Shown: piece after piece, positions 1 to 13,689 of the stretch
How the letters are laid out: every line of letters begins with the position of its first letter
Numbering within the stretch: position 1 is the first letter of the stretch
Assembly (NCBI RefSeq): GCF_006345805.1
Contig: NC_043001.1
Location: 22,320,001-22,384,000 of the forward strand
From: Octopus sinensis
Taxonomy: Eukaryota
DNA: 64,000 bases
Reading direction: 5' to 3'
Notes under the pieces: model-generated
Database searches by the model: none
What the model was told of the DNA's origin: nothing
What the model saw: only the letters and a program-made list of their open reading frames with translations
Position numbers and translations under genes: made by a program

Positions 1-276
1 TTTTACTTTATATTCTTTTTTATATTCTCTATTTTTGATTTTTTTTTTTCTATCTTTTAGTTCCTATTTTTATTTCTTGTTTGTATACCTATAAGAAAAA
101 AATCTGTTGCTATATAAACAACCTTCTAGACCACAGAATTTCACTTTGAAAACAGCTATCCAGAAGCTCGAAACTCATTAGAGTAATTGGAAGTGTTGTC
201 ATTAAAATAAAAATTAGCCCCCAAAAGCCATCTCATTTTTTCATATATATACATGTACATATATATCTGTATATGT

Positions 277-581
277 GGAGGCGCAATGGCCCAGTGGTTA
301 GGGCAGCGGACTCGCAGTCATAGGATCGCGGTTTCGATTCCCAGACCGGGCGTTGTACTCTTTCACCACAACTTTCTCTCACTCTTACTTCCTGTTTCTG
401 TTGTACCTGTATTTCAAAGGGCCAGCCTTGTCACTCTCTGTGTCACGCTGAATATCCCCGAGAACTACGTTAAGGGTACACGTGTCTGTGGAGTGCTCAG
501 CCACTTACACGTTAATTTCACGAGCAGGTTAATTTCACGATCAACCGGAACCCTCGTCGTCGTAACCGACGGAGTGCTTCC
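277..581 (+). mobile_element. tRNA-derived SINE, family A (duplicate at 2104..2408)
   Basis: GGAGGCGCAATGGCCCAGTGGTTAGGGCAGCGGACTC...GTTTCGATTCC head with Pol III A/B boxes; recurs many times in the window. Confidence 0.85.
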
Positions 582-728
582 ACATATATGTATATATATG
601 ATTTCAATGGAAGCAATACCAGCAGAAAACTAGAGGAACATCACCTATCATCCAACAGAACATTCAATATATATGTGCACTTTCATTGGGCATTAATATA
701 TTAATATATATATATATATATATATATA

Positions 729-1116
729 TCTTTTACTTGTTTCAGCCATTTGACTGTGGCCATGCTGGAGCACCGCCTTTAGTCGAGCAAATCGACCCCA
801 GGACTTATTCTTTGTAAGCCCAGTACTTATTCTATCGGTCACTTTTGCTGAACTGCTAAGTGACGGGGACGTAAACACACCAGCATCGGTTGTCAAGCAA
901 TGCTAGGGGGACAAACGCAGACACACAAACATACATATATATATATATATATACAACAAGCTTCTTTCAGTTTCCATCTACCAAATCCACTCACAAGGCT
1001 TTGGTCGGCCCGAGGCTATAGCAGAAGACACTTGCCCAAGATTCCACGCAGTGGGACTGAACCCAGAACCATGTGGTTGGTAAGCAAGCTACTTACCACA
1101 CAGCCACTCCTACGTC
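729..1116 (-). mobile_element. tRNA-derived SINE, family B, with internal (TA/TG)n. Other copies near 2556, 3516, 11183, 19620, 32410, 33055, 40190, 48138, 50130, 56105, 56770, 57755, 58375, 61090
   Basis: Head GGAGTGGCTGTGTGGTAAG...GGTTCAGTCCC, body CTTGGGCAAGTGTCTTCT, tail CTGAAACAAGTAAAAGA; over 15 copies. Confidence 0.85.
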
Positions 1117-1397
1117 GTTTATATATATATATAATATATATTTGTAGTTGTGATACTCATGCCGATGGCATGTAAAAAGCACCATCTAAACATGGCCGAT
1201 GCCAGTGCCGCCTTGACTGGCTTCTGTGTTGGTGGCCACAAAAAGCACCAAGCAATCTTGGCCAATCGGATGTTAAATGATGATGATGTGTGTGTGTGTG
1301 TGTATATATGTATGTGTGAGTGTATATACATGTATGTGTGTGTACATATATATATATATGTGTGTATATGGGTGTGTATGAAAAATATATGTATATA

Positions 1398-1433
<36 letters not shown>

Positions 1434-2969
1434 TGTATGTGTGTGTGTGAGTATGTATGGATATCTATGTATATGTATACACATGGAGATGTGTATGAAT
1501 GTGAATGTGTATGTGTTTGGGGTGTATTTGTGTGTGTGGATGTATGTATCCATGCATATGTAGATGTGTGTGTGTGTGTGCGTGTGTGTGTGTGTGAATA
1601 AATAAGGGCATACCATATAGTGTGAAAAATATAATGACCTCAAATCAAAAGATTCACAAAGATCATCTTTTGACAAGAACTCAACAATGTCTTTTGACTA
1701 CTCCTACCATTTTCAACTACTTTTTGTCTTCTTATATTCCACCTTTCTTTTCTCCTTCCTTTCCTTTTCTTCTTTCTTCTTTTTTCCCCACATGCTGTGG
1801 TATGTACTTTTGTATTCTTTTATTATTTTTTACTTTATATTCTTTTTTATATTCTCTATTTTTGATTTTTTTTTTTCTATCTTTTAGTTCCTATTTTTAT
1901 TTCTTGTTTGTATACCAATAAGAAAAAAATCTGTTGCTATATAAACAACCTTCTAGACCACAGAATTTCACTTTGAAAACAGCTATCCAGAAGCTCCAAA
2001 CTCATTAGAGTAATTGGAAGTGTTGTCATTAAAATAAAAATTAGCCCCCAAAAGCCATCTCATTTTTTCATATATATACATGTACATATATATCTGTATA
2101 TGTGGAGGCGCAATGGCCCAGTGGTTAGGGCAGCGGACTCGCAGTCATAGGATCGCGGTTTCGATTCCCAGACCGGGCGTTGTACTCTTTCACCACAACT
2201 TTCTCTCACTCTTACTTCCTGTTTCTGTTGTACCTGTATTTCAAAGGGCCAGCCTTGTCACTCTCTGTGTCACGCTGAATATCCCCGAGAACTACGTTAA
2301 GGGTACACGTGTCTGTGGAGTGCTCAGCCACTTACACGTTAATTTCACGAGCAGGTTAATTTCACGATCAACCGGAACCCTCGTCGTCGTAACCGACGGA
2401 GTGCTTCCACATATATGTATATATATGATTTCAATGGAAGCAATACCAGCAGAAAACTAGAGGAACATCACCTATCATCCAACAGAACATTCAATATATA
2501 TGTGCACTTTCATTGGGCATTAATATATTAATATATATATATATATATATATATATCTTTTACTTGTTTCAGCCATTTGACTGTGGCCATGCTGGAGCAC
2601 CGCCTTTAGTCGAGCAAATCGACCCCAGGACTTATTCTTTGTAAGCCCAGTACTTATTCTATCGGTCACTTTTGCTGAACTGCTAAGTGACGGGGACGTA
2701 AACACACCAGCATCGGTTGTCAAGCAATGCTAGGGGGACAAACGCAGACACACAAACATACATATATATATATATATATATACAACAAGCTTCTTTCAGT
2801 TTCCATCTACCAAATCCACTCACAAGGCTTTGGTCGGCCCGAGGCTATAGCAGAAGACACTTGCCCAAGATTCCACGCAGTGGGACTGAACCCAGAACCA
2901 TGTGGTTGGTAAGCAAGCTACTTACCACACAGCCACTCCTACGTCGTTTATATATATATATATATATAT

Positions 2970-3515
2970 ATAACGGGAAGCTTTATGAAAATAAACAAAA
3001 GACGAAGGCAGGTGGAAAACAAACGAACAATTGTATTAGTATGGCGCTCAGGAAATATAAATAAAACAAGTCTTTAACGTTTCGAGCCTACGCTCTTCAA
3101 CAGAAAGATACACAGAGAGAGAAAAACACAGAAAGAAGGAGAGAAAAAAAATGCGTGCAGTAGCTAACGAATCAACATGGCGATCTGATTTCGGCCAGAG
3201 GTCAAAGATCAAACATGAGACGCGAGAGCGAAATAAGGGGAGATAATAGGGTTGATAAAAGGGTTGAGGGACCAGCTAAAAGTGCGTGGGAGGGGTCTGG
3301 ATGTGTGTATGTATAGGGTTGGTGTATGTATTAGTATGTATAGGGGTGTGTGTGTGTGTGTGTGTGTGTATGAGAGAGTATTAGTGCGTAAGATTGGTCT
3401 GGACGTGCGTATGTATGGGGTTGGTGTATGTATTAGTATGTATTAGTACGTATTGGTATGTATAGGTGTGTGTGTGTGTGTGTGAGAGAGTATAAGTGCG
3501 TATGCGGGGTCTTAC
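2970..3515 (-). mobile_element. Penelope-like terminal-repeat fragment abutting (TA)n (shorter copy at 10747..10920)
   Basis: Begins directly at a TA tract, is repeated in the window and carries a hammerhead-like motif. The Penelope assignment is inference. Confidence 0.5.
3071..3108 (-). ncRNA. Variant minimal hammerhead-like motif
   Basis: TCTTT-CTGTTGA-A-GAGC gtag GCTC-GAA-ACGT-T-AAAGA. Stems pair, but the core has A6U, an extra A and a GUU site. Confidence 0.5.
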
Positions 3516-4065
3516 GACAGGCTTCTTTCAGTTTCCGTCTACCAAATCCATTAACAAGGCTTTGGTTAGCCCAAGGCTATAGCAGAAGACACTCACCCAA
3601 GGAGCCATGCAGTGGGACTGAACCCGGAACCCTGGGTTAGGAAGCAAGCTTCTTACCACACAGCCATGCTTGTGCCTGTATACTTAAAAGTGAATTTTAC
3701 CGACATGATGGTATTTATACGCTAGCCACTAATATGATCATTTTAATGATTATATCCTCAATTTATACATATATATGAAACTTGGACATATTATGATGAT
3801 ATATATTCTTAATTCAGTACTAATACACTAATGAGAGGCATGCTAATTCAGAGGAAAGCAACTGCGTTTCTATAATTCATCCTAGTTAAAGTCTGGGATA
3901 TACCTTGACGAAACTTAGACATAGGATATGACACTATCATATCTAATTACTTGCCTGTTTAATGATCATTAACATTAAGATTTAGCTACCTATTTTTACT
4001 TCCTGTGTGTGTGTGCGTGAGCGCGCACGCATGTGCGTGCATGTGTGTGTGTTTATTATTAATCT

Positions 4066-4265
4066 TTAACACATTCCATTGTTGACTACACAAATGTTCA
4101 TAGTTTTCCGTTCAGTCTTGATCCTTTGAACCATCTCCAAATGAGAGACAAGTCTTTCATGCTTTATCTCTGAGCTCTCTCTTCTATCCAGGCTATATTC
4201 CAACTTCTCTCTGAAAGATGATGTCTGTTCCAATGTAAGATTCCATTCCCTCTCTCTCTCTTTCT
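4066..4265. repeat. Dispersed ~200-bp repeat, inverted copy at ~25615..25825
   Basis: ACACATTCCATTGTTGACTACACAAATGTTCATAG matches the reverse complement at 25.8 kb. Confidence 0.8.
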
Positions 4266-4279
4266 TTCTTTTCAAACTT

Positions 4280-4810
4280 TGGGTCTCATGGAAACAATGA
4301 ATAGTGACCGAGACCTTTGACTATATGCTGTGCTTGAGAAGACCTGTCAAACCAAGTGAAATCATAATCGTGGCCGATGATGGTGTCACATAACTGGCAC
4401 CCATCCCGAAGGCACATCAAAAACACCTTTTAAACGTTGGGCCTCATGGAGGCAAGGTGGTCAATGCTGGTGGCACGTGAAAAGCACCTTTCATGTGCTG
4501 GGCCACATGGAAGCAATGACGAATGACAGAGACCTTTGGCATTATGCCATTCTTGGGAAGACCTATCAAACCAAGTAAAATCCTAGTCACAGCAGATACT
4601 GGTGTCACACAAATGGCACCTGTGCTGGTGGCACGTAAAAGCATCCATTACACTCTTGGAGTGGTTGGCGTTAGGAAAGGCATCCAGCCGTAGAAACCAT
4701 GCCAAATCAGACCGGTGCAGGCTTCCAGCTTGCCAGCTCTGGTCAAACTGTGCAACCCATGCCAAGATGGACAACGGATATTAAATGATGATGAACATGA
4801 TGATGATGTG
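4280..4810 (+). mobile_element. 5'-truncated RTE-type 3' end with (GAT)n tail. Other copies near 1150, 11920, 19290, 20810, 34320, 37800, 39920, 42250, 42485, 42950, 44470, 44960, 47527, 50850, 58865
   Basis: GGCGTTAGGAAGGGCATCCAGC...CCAACCCATGC...GATGATGAT; the same sequence is joined to RTE RT-coding sequence at 36310..37745. Confidence 0.75.
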
Positions 4811-5894
4811 TGTGTATACACACACACATGCTCTGATATGGGTTTAGTAGTGATGGCTAAAACAGACTGACTATACATATACAATTATAATGCCATTGTC
4901 TGCAACAATGGCAAGAGGGCAAAGTTATACTTCCATAATTATTATTACATAAAAGCAATGTACATTACCATAATGGTAATATATATTGTTATCATTTTTA
5001 TTAATAAATATTAATGGAATTCGTTTTAATGAAGGATAGATATAGGAAGACTTTTATGACATAAAATTGTGCAAATTAACCAAAAAAAAATGCAAAGAAT
5101 AACAAATACAGTGAATACAGTGAAAAATGGCAGTGAAGAACAAAATGGATTTTATAAAACAACAATAAATCATTGGAATATGTAAGACTAAATCTACAAA
5201 ACTGATTACAATAAGTGTATAAACCATAAAGCTGTTTGTTTAAATTTCCAATAACATGCTTGATTTGAGCTTTTCAAACTCAATATATTGATGAAGATAG
5301 GAAGAATAGAAAAAAAAATTCAGGTTGATTATAAACATGGTTATAGAAGACAAGTTTAAGATCATGCAATCAAATAGTGCAATTTATAAGTGAATTAGCG
5401 GGAAAACAAAGGATTTTAGAGAAAAAGGTGGACACAGATTTCACAAATGTGAAACCAAAAAATGCTTTGAAAGGGTTTCATTTGAAAACAAGGTCAGATT
5501 TACTAGTTAAAAAAAGTTAGGGAAAAAAACAAGGGAGGTAATCATTGCAGTTTAAATATCAAAATAGTCGACTCCAATTGAGTAGCCATACATTTGATCT
5601 TTCACAATTTTCTACACATTTTATTGGCTCCTCCGATCAATGCAGTTATGATGATGATGATGATGATGATGCCAACCTTATTTCAAAGCTAATATCCATG
5701 AATTACTCAAGCAGTCGAGTTTATACATACAAACATTATATATATATATATATATAAGTTCAGCAAAATTTAGATTCAGATGAATATGGTACTTAAGTTA
5801 AAGGCACCAGAATTTTGTATGGTATTGTACTACTCTACCTTGGATATACTTGCTTATTTTGATATATATATACACACACATATGTATGTACATA

Positions 5895-6323
5895 CGAGGG
5901 GTACCCAAAAGAAACCGGAATTTTGCAATGTTATTTTATTCACTTAGTTTTGCATGTTTACACTTTTATCGCCTTCAAAGTATTCCCCATTTGAAGCAAA
6001 ACTTGTGTTTTGCTCATGGCAGCATCCTTGTAAGCTGTTTGAAGTATGACAACTGTTTCGGTCATTGTTTTCTCCAGCAGAAAACAGAATTTCATGGAAG
6101 CGTGCAGCTCCTTTGCTTCAGCCGTCACAGACATTACAAAGTGGGAAGAAACACTGTAAAACAAAGACGTACCACATAACAGTATGACCTCACATGTTGC
6201 CACCAGTCAGCAGACTGATGCCTGAGGATTGCATCAAGTGGCTTTTATTGGTGGAAGGAAGATCGAACTACAACAGGCTTGTCCTACAGAGAATGCTTCT
6301 GGTTACTTTTGAGTGCCCCGTCA
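5895..6323 (-). mobile_element. Internally deleted mariner element
   Basis: TA-flanked imperfect TIRs (CGAGGGGTACCCAAAAG / CTTTTGAGTGCCCC); the minus-strand peptide MKFCFLLEKTMTETVVILQTAYKDAAMSKTQV resembles the Mos1-type N-terminal HTH. Confidence 0.75.
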
Positions 6324-6570
6324 TATATACATATATATATTCTGCACATTTAAAATACAACCTAGCAATAATGATTGTGCATCAAAATAAATATATGAAG
6401 CAGGGAAAAAAAAAACAGTCTTTTCCTTCTATCACCACCAGCTATGTTAGCCAAAACTCAGACCATCTATAAAATTGATCAATTCACTAAGGTAATAAAA
6501 TAAACTAGCACTTTTGTTACTTCAGCTGTCTACTCTCAAGGGAAAAGCAGTCTTTTATATATATACTAAA

Positions 6571-6664
<94 letters not shown>

Positions 6665-6928
6665 TCTTTGAATATAAATAGGTATCCCTCCAGTAGTATA
6701 TTGGATATTTATTATCCCATAGATGGTTGTCTAACCTCTAACTCCTATATACTTATGTGTATTATATATATATACATATTTGTATATATATGTATGTATA
6801 TGTGTATATATATATATATTATATATATATATATATATATATGTAGGTCCCGGGTTGATTCGGGGTTAACCACAGTAAATAAGGTACTCAATACATAGCA
6901 GAGTAAAATTAATTTATTATATAGAAGG

Positions 6929-6979
6929 AGCTTCTACAGGACTAGAACTGTTTCATTCAAGAGAAATCTTCAGGAAGCT
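6929..6979 (-). ncRNA. Type I hammerhead motif (inverted twin of 10553..10603)
   Basis: Reverse complement of the 10553 motif inside the left arm of an inverted repeat. Confidence 0.7.
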
Positions 6980-7209
6980 AGTTAACAAGAATTGTATTGG
7001 CATTTATACATTTAGGCAGGTTTAAAGGGGTGGTGGTGGGGGACTTTTTGGGGTAGGCATAGCACAAAATATCATACTTGGGGGAGTGGTCAAGGAGTCA
7101 GTGTTAAATTAGATAAAAGAATAAATAAAAAAATAAAAAAATATATATAAAAAATATATAAAAAAAAAGGAATAGAGTTTTAGGTAAATAAGGAGATTCT
7201 CACTTATAC

Positions 7210-7871
7210 CTATGCACATATGTATACATATATACACACACATACAAACATATATACATATACATACACACATACATACACACACACACACATATACATA
7301 TATATACACATACACATACATATACATGTCTACACATACACATATATGTATACATACACACACTCACATGCATACACGTATACACACATGTGTGTATATA
7401 TACACACACGACCACACATACATATACACACAGAAAAATATATATACACATACACACACATATCCACACACACACATGTACACACAGCACACTATATCCC
7501 TATTATACACATATATACACATACACACATATATATCCATACATACATATACATACATATATATATATACATACATATACATATACATACATACATATAC
7601 ATAATATATATACATACATCATATACAACATATATATATATACATACTATACATACATATATATATATACATACATATATATATATACATACATATATAT
7701 ACATATATATATATACATACATACATATTATACATACATATATATATATACATACATACATATATATATACATATATAATATATACATACATATATATAT
7801 ATACATACATATATATATACATACATATATATATACATAATATATATACATACATATATATACATACTATA

Positions 7872-7928
<57 letters not shown>

Positions 7929-8339
7929 TATACATATGTGTACCTATACATACCTACACATACACACATATATATACATACAAATACAGACCCATTCCCT
8001 AATTTTAATTTTATTATCTTCATTTATTACTTTTGTTATCTTTGACCGCTGGTCACAAACATCTTGGCTATGACAGCCAGTCCATTTATCTGTCTACTTA
8101 AAAACAAGCACTCTTCACTCACGCACACTCTTAGCACGTACACTCACTCATCGTACACTCATACCATACACACGCACGCACGCGTTATATTCATACATAC
8201 ATACATCTACATACATTCACGTATATACACAAACGTACGCGTACCTACAGATTCATGTCTACACTTTAGAGGCTAGTCTATACATATACACCAATAAATA
8301 TAAATACACACACATACATATACACCTACATACAAATAC

Positions 8340-8370
<31 letters not shown>

Positions 8371-8615
8371 TATACATATATATATATATACATACATATA
8401 CACACATATATATATATACATATATACACACATACACATACATACATATACACACATACACATACATACGTATACATACATACAGACATCCATACATCCA
8501 TACATTTATACACATACACACACCCACACGTATACATATACATACATATATATACGCGCATGCATACACATACAAATACATACACGTACGCATATACATA
8601 TACATACATACACAT

Positions 8616-8667
<52 letters not shown>

Positions 8668-9455
8668 ATATATATATATACATACACACACATACATATA
8701 CATACATACATATCAAATATACGCACACACATACATACATACTCATATACACATATGCACATACACATGTACATGCGTACCCATACACACACACACGCGC
8801 ATCCATATATACACATAAGTACACACATGCGTAAAAGTATACATATATCTATGCTTACACATACACACACACACACGCGCCTCCTTATATTCATACTTAC
8901 ATGCATACTCAAAAAATAAGTAAATAATAAAATATATATACGCGCAGTTATTCATACATGCATACTCAAAAAATAAATAATAAATATTAAGTATATGTAC
9001 GTGCAGTTACCGATTATATAGACGGATACATACATATAAACTTACACACATACATATATATATATATACATATATACACATATATATACATATACATATA
9101 TATATATACATACACACATATATATACACACATATATATATACATACTTACACACATGTACAAATACATACACACATAGATAACTCTACGTACCTACATA
9201 TACATAAACACACGAGCGTACACGTATATGTACATATACACATACACACACATATATATACATACATACATATACATACACACATATATATACACACACA
9301 CATATACATACACACATATATATACACACACACATACATACACACATATATATACACACATATATATACACACACACACATACATACACACATATATATA
9401 CACACACACACATACATACACACATATATATACACACACACACATACATACACAC

Positions 9456-9496
<41 letters not shown>

Positions 9497-9691
9497 CATA
9501 CACACACACATATACATGTGTGCAAACATACATACATACTCATACACGCACACACACTTACATATACATATATACACACACTTACACACATATATACATA
9601 CACATATACATACATACATACATATATGCATACATACACATATTCACACATACACATATATACATATATACACATACATATACATTTACAC

Positions 9692-9724
<33 letters not shown>

Positions 9725-9935
9725 CACATATACACACATACACATACACACACATATATATGCATATACATACACATATATACCCACACGTACACATATA
9801 CACATATATACATATATACATACATATACACACATACACACACACACACACACATATATATACATACATACACATACCTATACATATATATACACACATA
9901 TACACATGCACATACTTATATCTCTACATACCCGC

Positions 9936-9988
<53 letters not shown>

Positions 9989-10235
9989 TACATATACCTA
10001 TACATATATATATATATAAATATATACATAATACACATATACACACACATACATATACATATATATATATATACACAACACACACACACACATATACATA
10101 TATATATATATACACACATACACACACACACATACACATAATATATATATACAAAACACACACAACACACATACACATATATATATATTATACACACCCA
10201 CACACACACACATACACATATATATATATATACAC

Positions 10236-10303
<68 letters not shown>

Positions 10304-10380
10304 CACATATACATACATGTACATATATATATATATACATATATATACGTATATATATATATACATACATACATATATAT
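7210..10380. repeat. Large degenerate (TA)n/(CA)n/(TACA)n microsatellite field
   Basis: Direct inspection; the source of the Y/I/H/T low-complexity ORFs. Confidence 0.95.
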
Positions 10381-10552
10381 TTTTTATATATATTTTTTAT
10401 TTTTTATTTATTCTTTTATCTAATTTAACACCGACTCCTTGACCACTTCCCCAAGTATGATATTTTGCGCTATGCCTACCCCCAAAAAGTCCCCCACCAC
10501 CACCCCTTTAAACCTGCCTAAATGTATAAATGCCAATACATTCTTGTTAACT

Positions 10553-10603
10553 AGCTTCCTGAAGATTTCTCTTGAATGAAACAGTTCTAGTCCTGTAGAA
10601 GCT
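10553..10603 (+). ncRNA. Type I hammerhead ribozyme motif
   Basis: AGCTTC-CTGAAGA-tTTC tctt GAAt-GAA-ACAG ttctagtc CTGT-A-GAAGCT. 6-bp stem I, 4-bp stem III, GUA site; stem II is weak with a U-U closing pair. Confidence 0.7.
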
Positions 10604-10635
10604 CCTTCTATATAATAAATTAAAATATAATATAT

Positions 10636-10676
<41 letters not shown>

Positions 10677-10877
10677 GTATATACATACATGTATATAATG
10701 TATATACATACACATGTATATACATATATATGTATATATGCATATATAACGGGAAGCTTTATGAAAATAGACAAAAGACGAAGGCAGGTTTACGGAAATA
10801 AACAAAAGACGAAGGCAGGTGGAATACAAACAAACAATTGTATTAGTATGGCACTCAGGAAATATAAATAAATCAAG

Positions 10878-10915
10878 TCTTTAACGTTTCGAGCCTACGC
10901 TCTTCAACAGAAAGA
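10878..10915 (-). ncRNA. Second copy of the variant hammerhead-like motif
   Basis: Identical to 3071..3108 in a second copy of the same short element. Confidence 0.5.
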
Positions 10916-11113
10916 TATACAGGTGTGTATGTATGTATATATGTGTGTATATATATGTATGTATATATATATAAACAGCTAAGACCTTCTATCTATAAAT
11001 CTTCTAAAATCTACACAGCCTTGGTTTTTATCTCATTATGAAATAAATTTTGGATATAAATATGTATATCATGAATACATGTGTGTGTGTGTGTGTGTGT
11101 GTTGTATATATAT

Positions 11114-11160
<47 letters not shown>

Positions 11161-12474
11161 GTGTGTGTGTGTGTGTATACAATGTTCTTCTTTCAGTTTC
11201 CATCTACCAGATGCGCTCACAAGGCTTTGGTTGGCCTGAGGCTATAGGAGAAGACACTTGCCCAAGATACTGCACAGTGGGACTGAACCCAGGACCATGT
11301 GGTTGGGAAGCAAGCTTCTTACCACACAGCCATGCCTCTATGTATGTATGTGTGTGCATGCCAGTCTTGAAGATTGTAGACTATGAAGAGCACTTGTGCA
11401 GAAGAAGGAAGAACAACTTCTGGAATAACTGTAATGGCCTGTAGCTTTGCATGTAATTATGTATGTGTGTCCTTATGATAATGACAGCCAGAAAACAACT
11501 GGAAGAGCAGTGTTTCTGCTAAGATCCCTAACAAGGTCATTGGCTACCACTCCCTAATATTCATAAACATGTAATAATTACTATGGTGTATAAAAATAAA
11601 TGCCAAATTAGTATGATTTGTTTATCTAAGAAAACTGTTCCAATTTCATAATTTTACTTGGCCCTTCCTATACGAGCTTCTGTTTCAATAATGATAACAA
11701 ACATAATTTGAGCAACCATCAAAATTATGCTGTATGCACTATATACATTTATCAACCTTTCGATTGTCATTTATCTTCAACGTAACCAGTAAATATTTAT
11801 ATTTTTTTAATTTTGTAGTATTTTTTGTGGTAGTGGTGGTGGTAGTAGGTGGGGGGTGGGGTTATTAAACTGGAATGATTGGAACTTTATAATTAATTTA
11901 ATTACTGTGGATTTTGACATGTCATTACCAGTGCCACTGGACTGGCTCCTGTGCAGGTGGCACATAAAAAAAAAATCACCATTTGAGTGTGGCTGTTGCC
12001 AGTACCGCCTGACTGGCCCTTGTGCCGGTGGCACGTAAAAGCACCCACTACACTCTCAGAGTGGTTGTAGAAACCCTGCCAGATCAGATTGGAGTCTGGT
12101 GCAGCCATCTGGTTCGCCAGACCTCAGTCAAATCGTCCAACCCATGCTAGCATGGAAAGCGGACGTTAAACGATGATGATGATGATGACATATATGAAAA
12201 AACAGGGATTTTAATGAAGAGAATGGAGACGAAAAACTAAAACTCTAATAATGATTTTGACACTAATTATTACAACAACCATAACAGTAAAAATATAAAA
12301 AAACTGGAGCAGGATTCTGAATACTGACTCATAAACTCACAATAAAACATTGAAAAATAATATCTTGAAATAAAAAAAAAAATTTCAGTGACTTGTGACA
12401 AAAAATAATGGGAAAGCAACGATATAAATGAGTGATTAGTTTCAGTGTAGAGAGTGTTTGTCGACATTACTTAC

Positions 12475-12525
12475 CACTGCTGAACAAAGCATTAAATGGC
12501 CAGCTGTGTCTAGTTTGTAGTTCCG
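12475..12525 (-). CDS. Possible 51-nt cassette or alternative exon (RNYKLDTAGHLMLCSAV in phase 0)
   Basis: tttctAG acceptor, GTG|GTAAGT donor, length divisible by 3, in non-repetitive sequence; no homology recognised. Confidence 0.3.
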
Positions 12526-12756
12526 CTAGAAAGTTCAATATCATTCAAGTTATAGACCAAATCGCTTTGCATAAAGTTAATCAAATACTCATGAAAACAC
12601 AAACTTTGAAAACAATTTTTTAGTTGTGCAGCAACAATTAAAATTAAGCATTAAATGAGGATCATACACATAATTAAGACATCAAATTAAGATAAGACAG
12701 AAAGGTAATTAGTAAAGGAAATTTGCATGGGTTATTTTTCTCTGTATTATAAAATT

Positions 12757-12793
12757 ATTTATTATTATTATTAATTATTATTAATTATTATTA

Positions 12794-12840
<47 letters not shown>

Positions 12841-12845
12841 TACTT
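12757..12845. repeat. (ATT)n microsatellite
   Basis: Direct inspection. Confidence 0.95.
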
Positions 12846-13352
12846 GTTACTGTTAATATGATTTAAAAACAGAAATGCAAAAAAACAAAGACGTATATAA
12901 ACACATTCTGCAGTTATGCCAGTTCAAAAAAACATGGTTTTTCTATAAGCATCCTTTGTGTTCAACATCCTAACATTGAAATCACAAGATATTTTGTTCC
13001 TAGTAATTCCTTATTGTATCCATGTCCCGTTAGGTACACAGCCCTAAACCAGAAACATGCGTGTAAACATAAACCTAATAATGACTAGATAAGAAACAAA
13101 CATTGCTACAGTTGGTAGAGGTTTAAACAAAACATAGAAACGATCTAACAATGTAGTTTTTTGAGAGCAAATGATATATATTATTAAGAGCAAGAATTTA
13201 TGAAAATCTATTAGAATGAAGATATTGCAGATGGCCTTACTGGTTCTGTTTGAGAATTTAGGAAATACTAGGAGAACCAAAATTTTATTAGTATAAACTC
13301 GTGGACTTAGATGCAGTAAAATAAACAATTTTGTTTTTCTATACCAACCAAT

Positions 13353-13670
13353 GGAGGCACAATGGCCCAGTGGTTAGGGCAGTGGACTTGCAGTTGGAGG
13401 ATCGCAGTTTCGATTCCCAGACCGGGTGTTGTGTGTGTTTATTAAGCGAAAACACCTGAAGCTCCACGAGGCTCCAGCAGGGAGTGGTGGTGACCCCTGG
13501 TGTACTCTTTCGCCACAACTTTCTATCACTCTCTCTTCCTGTTTCTTGAGTAACGCTGTGATGGACTGGTGTCCTGTCCAGCTGGGGGGAATACATATGC
13601 CACAGAAACCAGGAAACCGGGCCCATGAGCCTGGCTAGGCTTGAAAAGAGCGACGTTTATCGGGTTTTTT
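13353..13670 (+). mobile_element. Full-length family A SINE with 13-bp TSD
   Basis: TATACCAACCAAT at 13340-13352 and 13671-13683; tRNA-like head. Confidence 0.9.
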
Positions 13671-13689
13671 TATACCAACCAATACAATT

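Larger units (their letters stand above)
1..2960. repeat. Near-identical tandem duplication, period 1827 bp
   Basis: 1..~1130 recurs at 1828..~2960 (identical ORFs at 253/2080 and 693/2520); only a few substitutions and microsatellite length differences were seen. Confidence 0.95.
6905..10625. repeat. Inverted repeat with ~250-bp arms (6905..7160 and 10380..10625) around ~3.2 kb of compound microsatellite
   Basis: Arms are near-perfect reverse complements (e.g. GGGGTGGTGGTGGGGGACTTTTTGGGG / CCCCAAAAAGTCCCCCACCACCACCCC). Confidence 0.9.

Noticed and set aside
277-352. tRNA-like sequence with A/B boxes
   Set aside because: SINE head that continues into a repeat body, with TSDs in sister copies; no proper acceptor stem or terminator.
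253-633. Identical 126-aa ORF twice (253 and 2080)
   Set aside because: Chance ORF across a SINE inside the tandem duplication.
5390-5430. Minus-strand LCFP peptide as a possible next uDENN exon (FCFP motif)
   Set aside because: No acceptor in a suitable position and no further similarity; the next exon probably lies outside the window.
7109-10430. Many long ORFs of up to 302 aa rich in Y/I/H/T or C/V/M
   Set aside because: Translations of TA/CA microsatellites that lack stop codons by composition.
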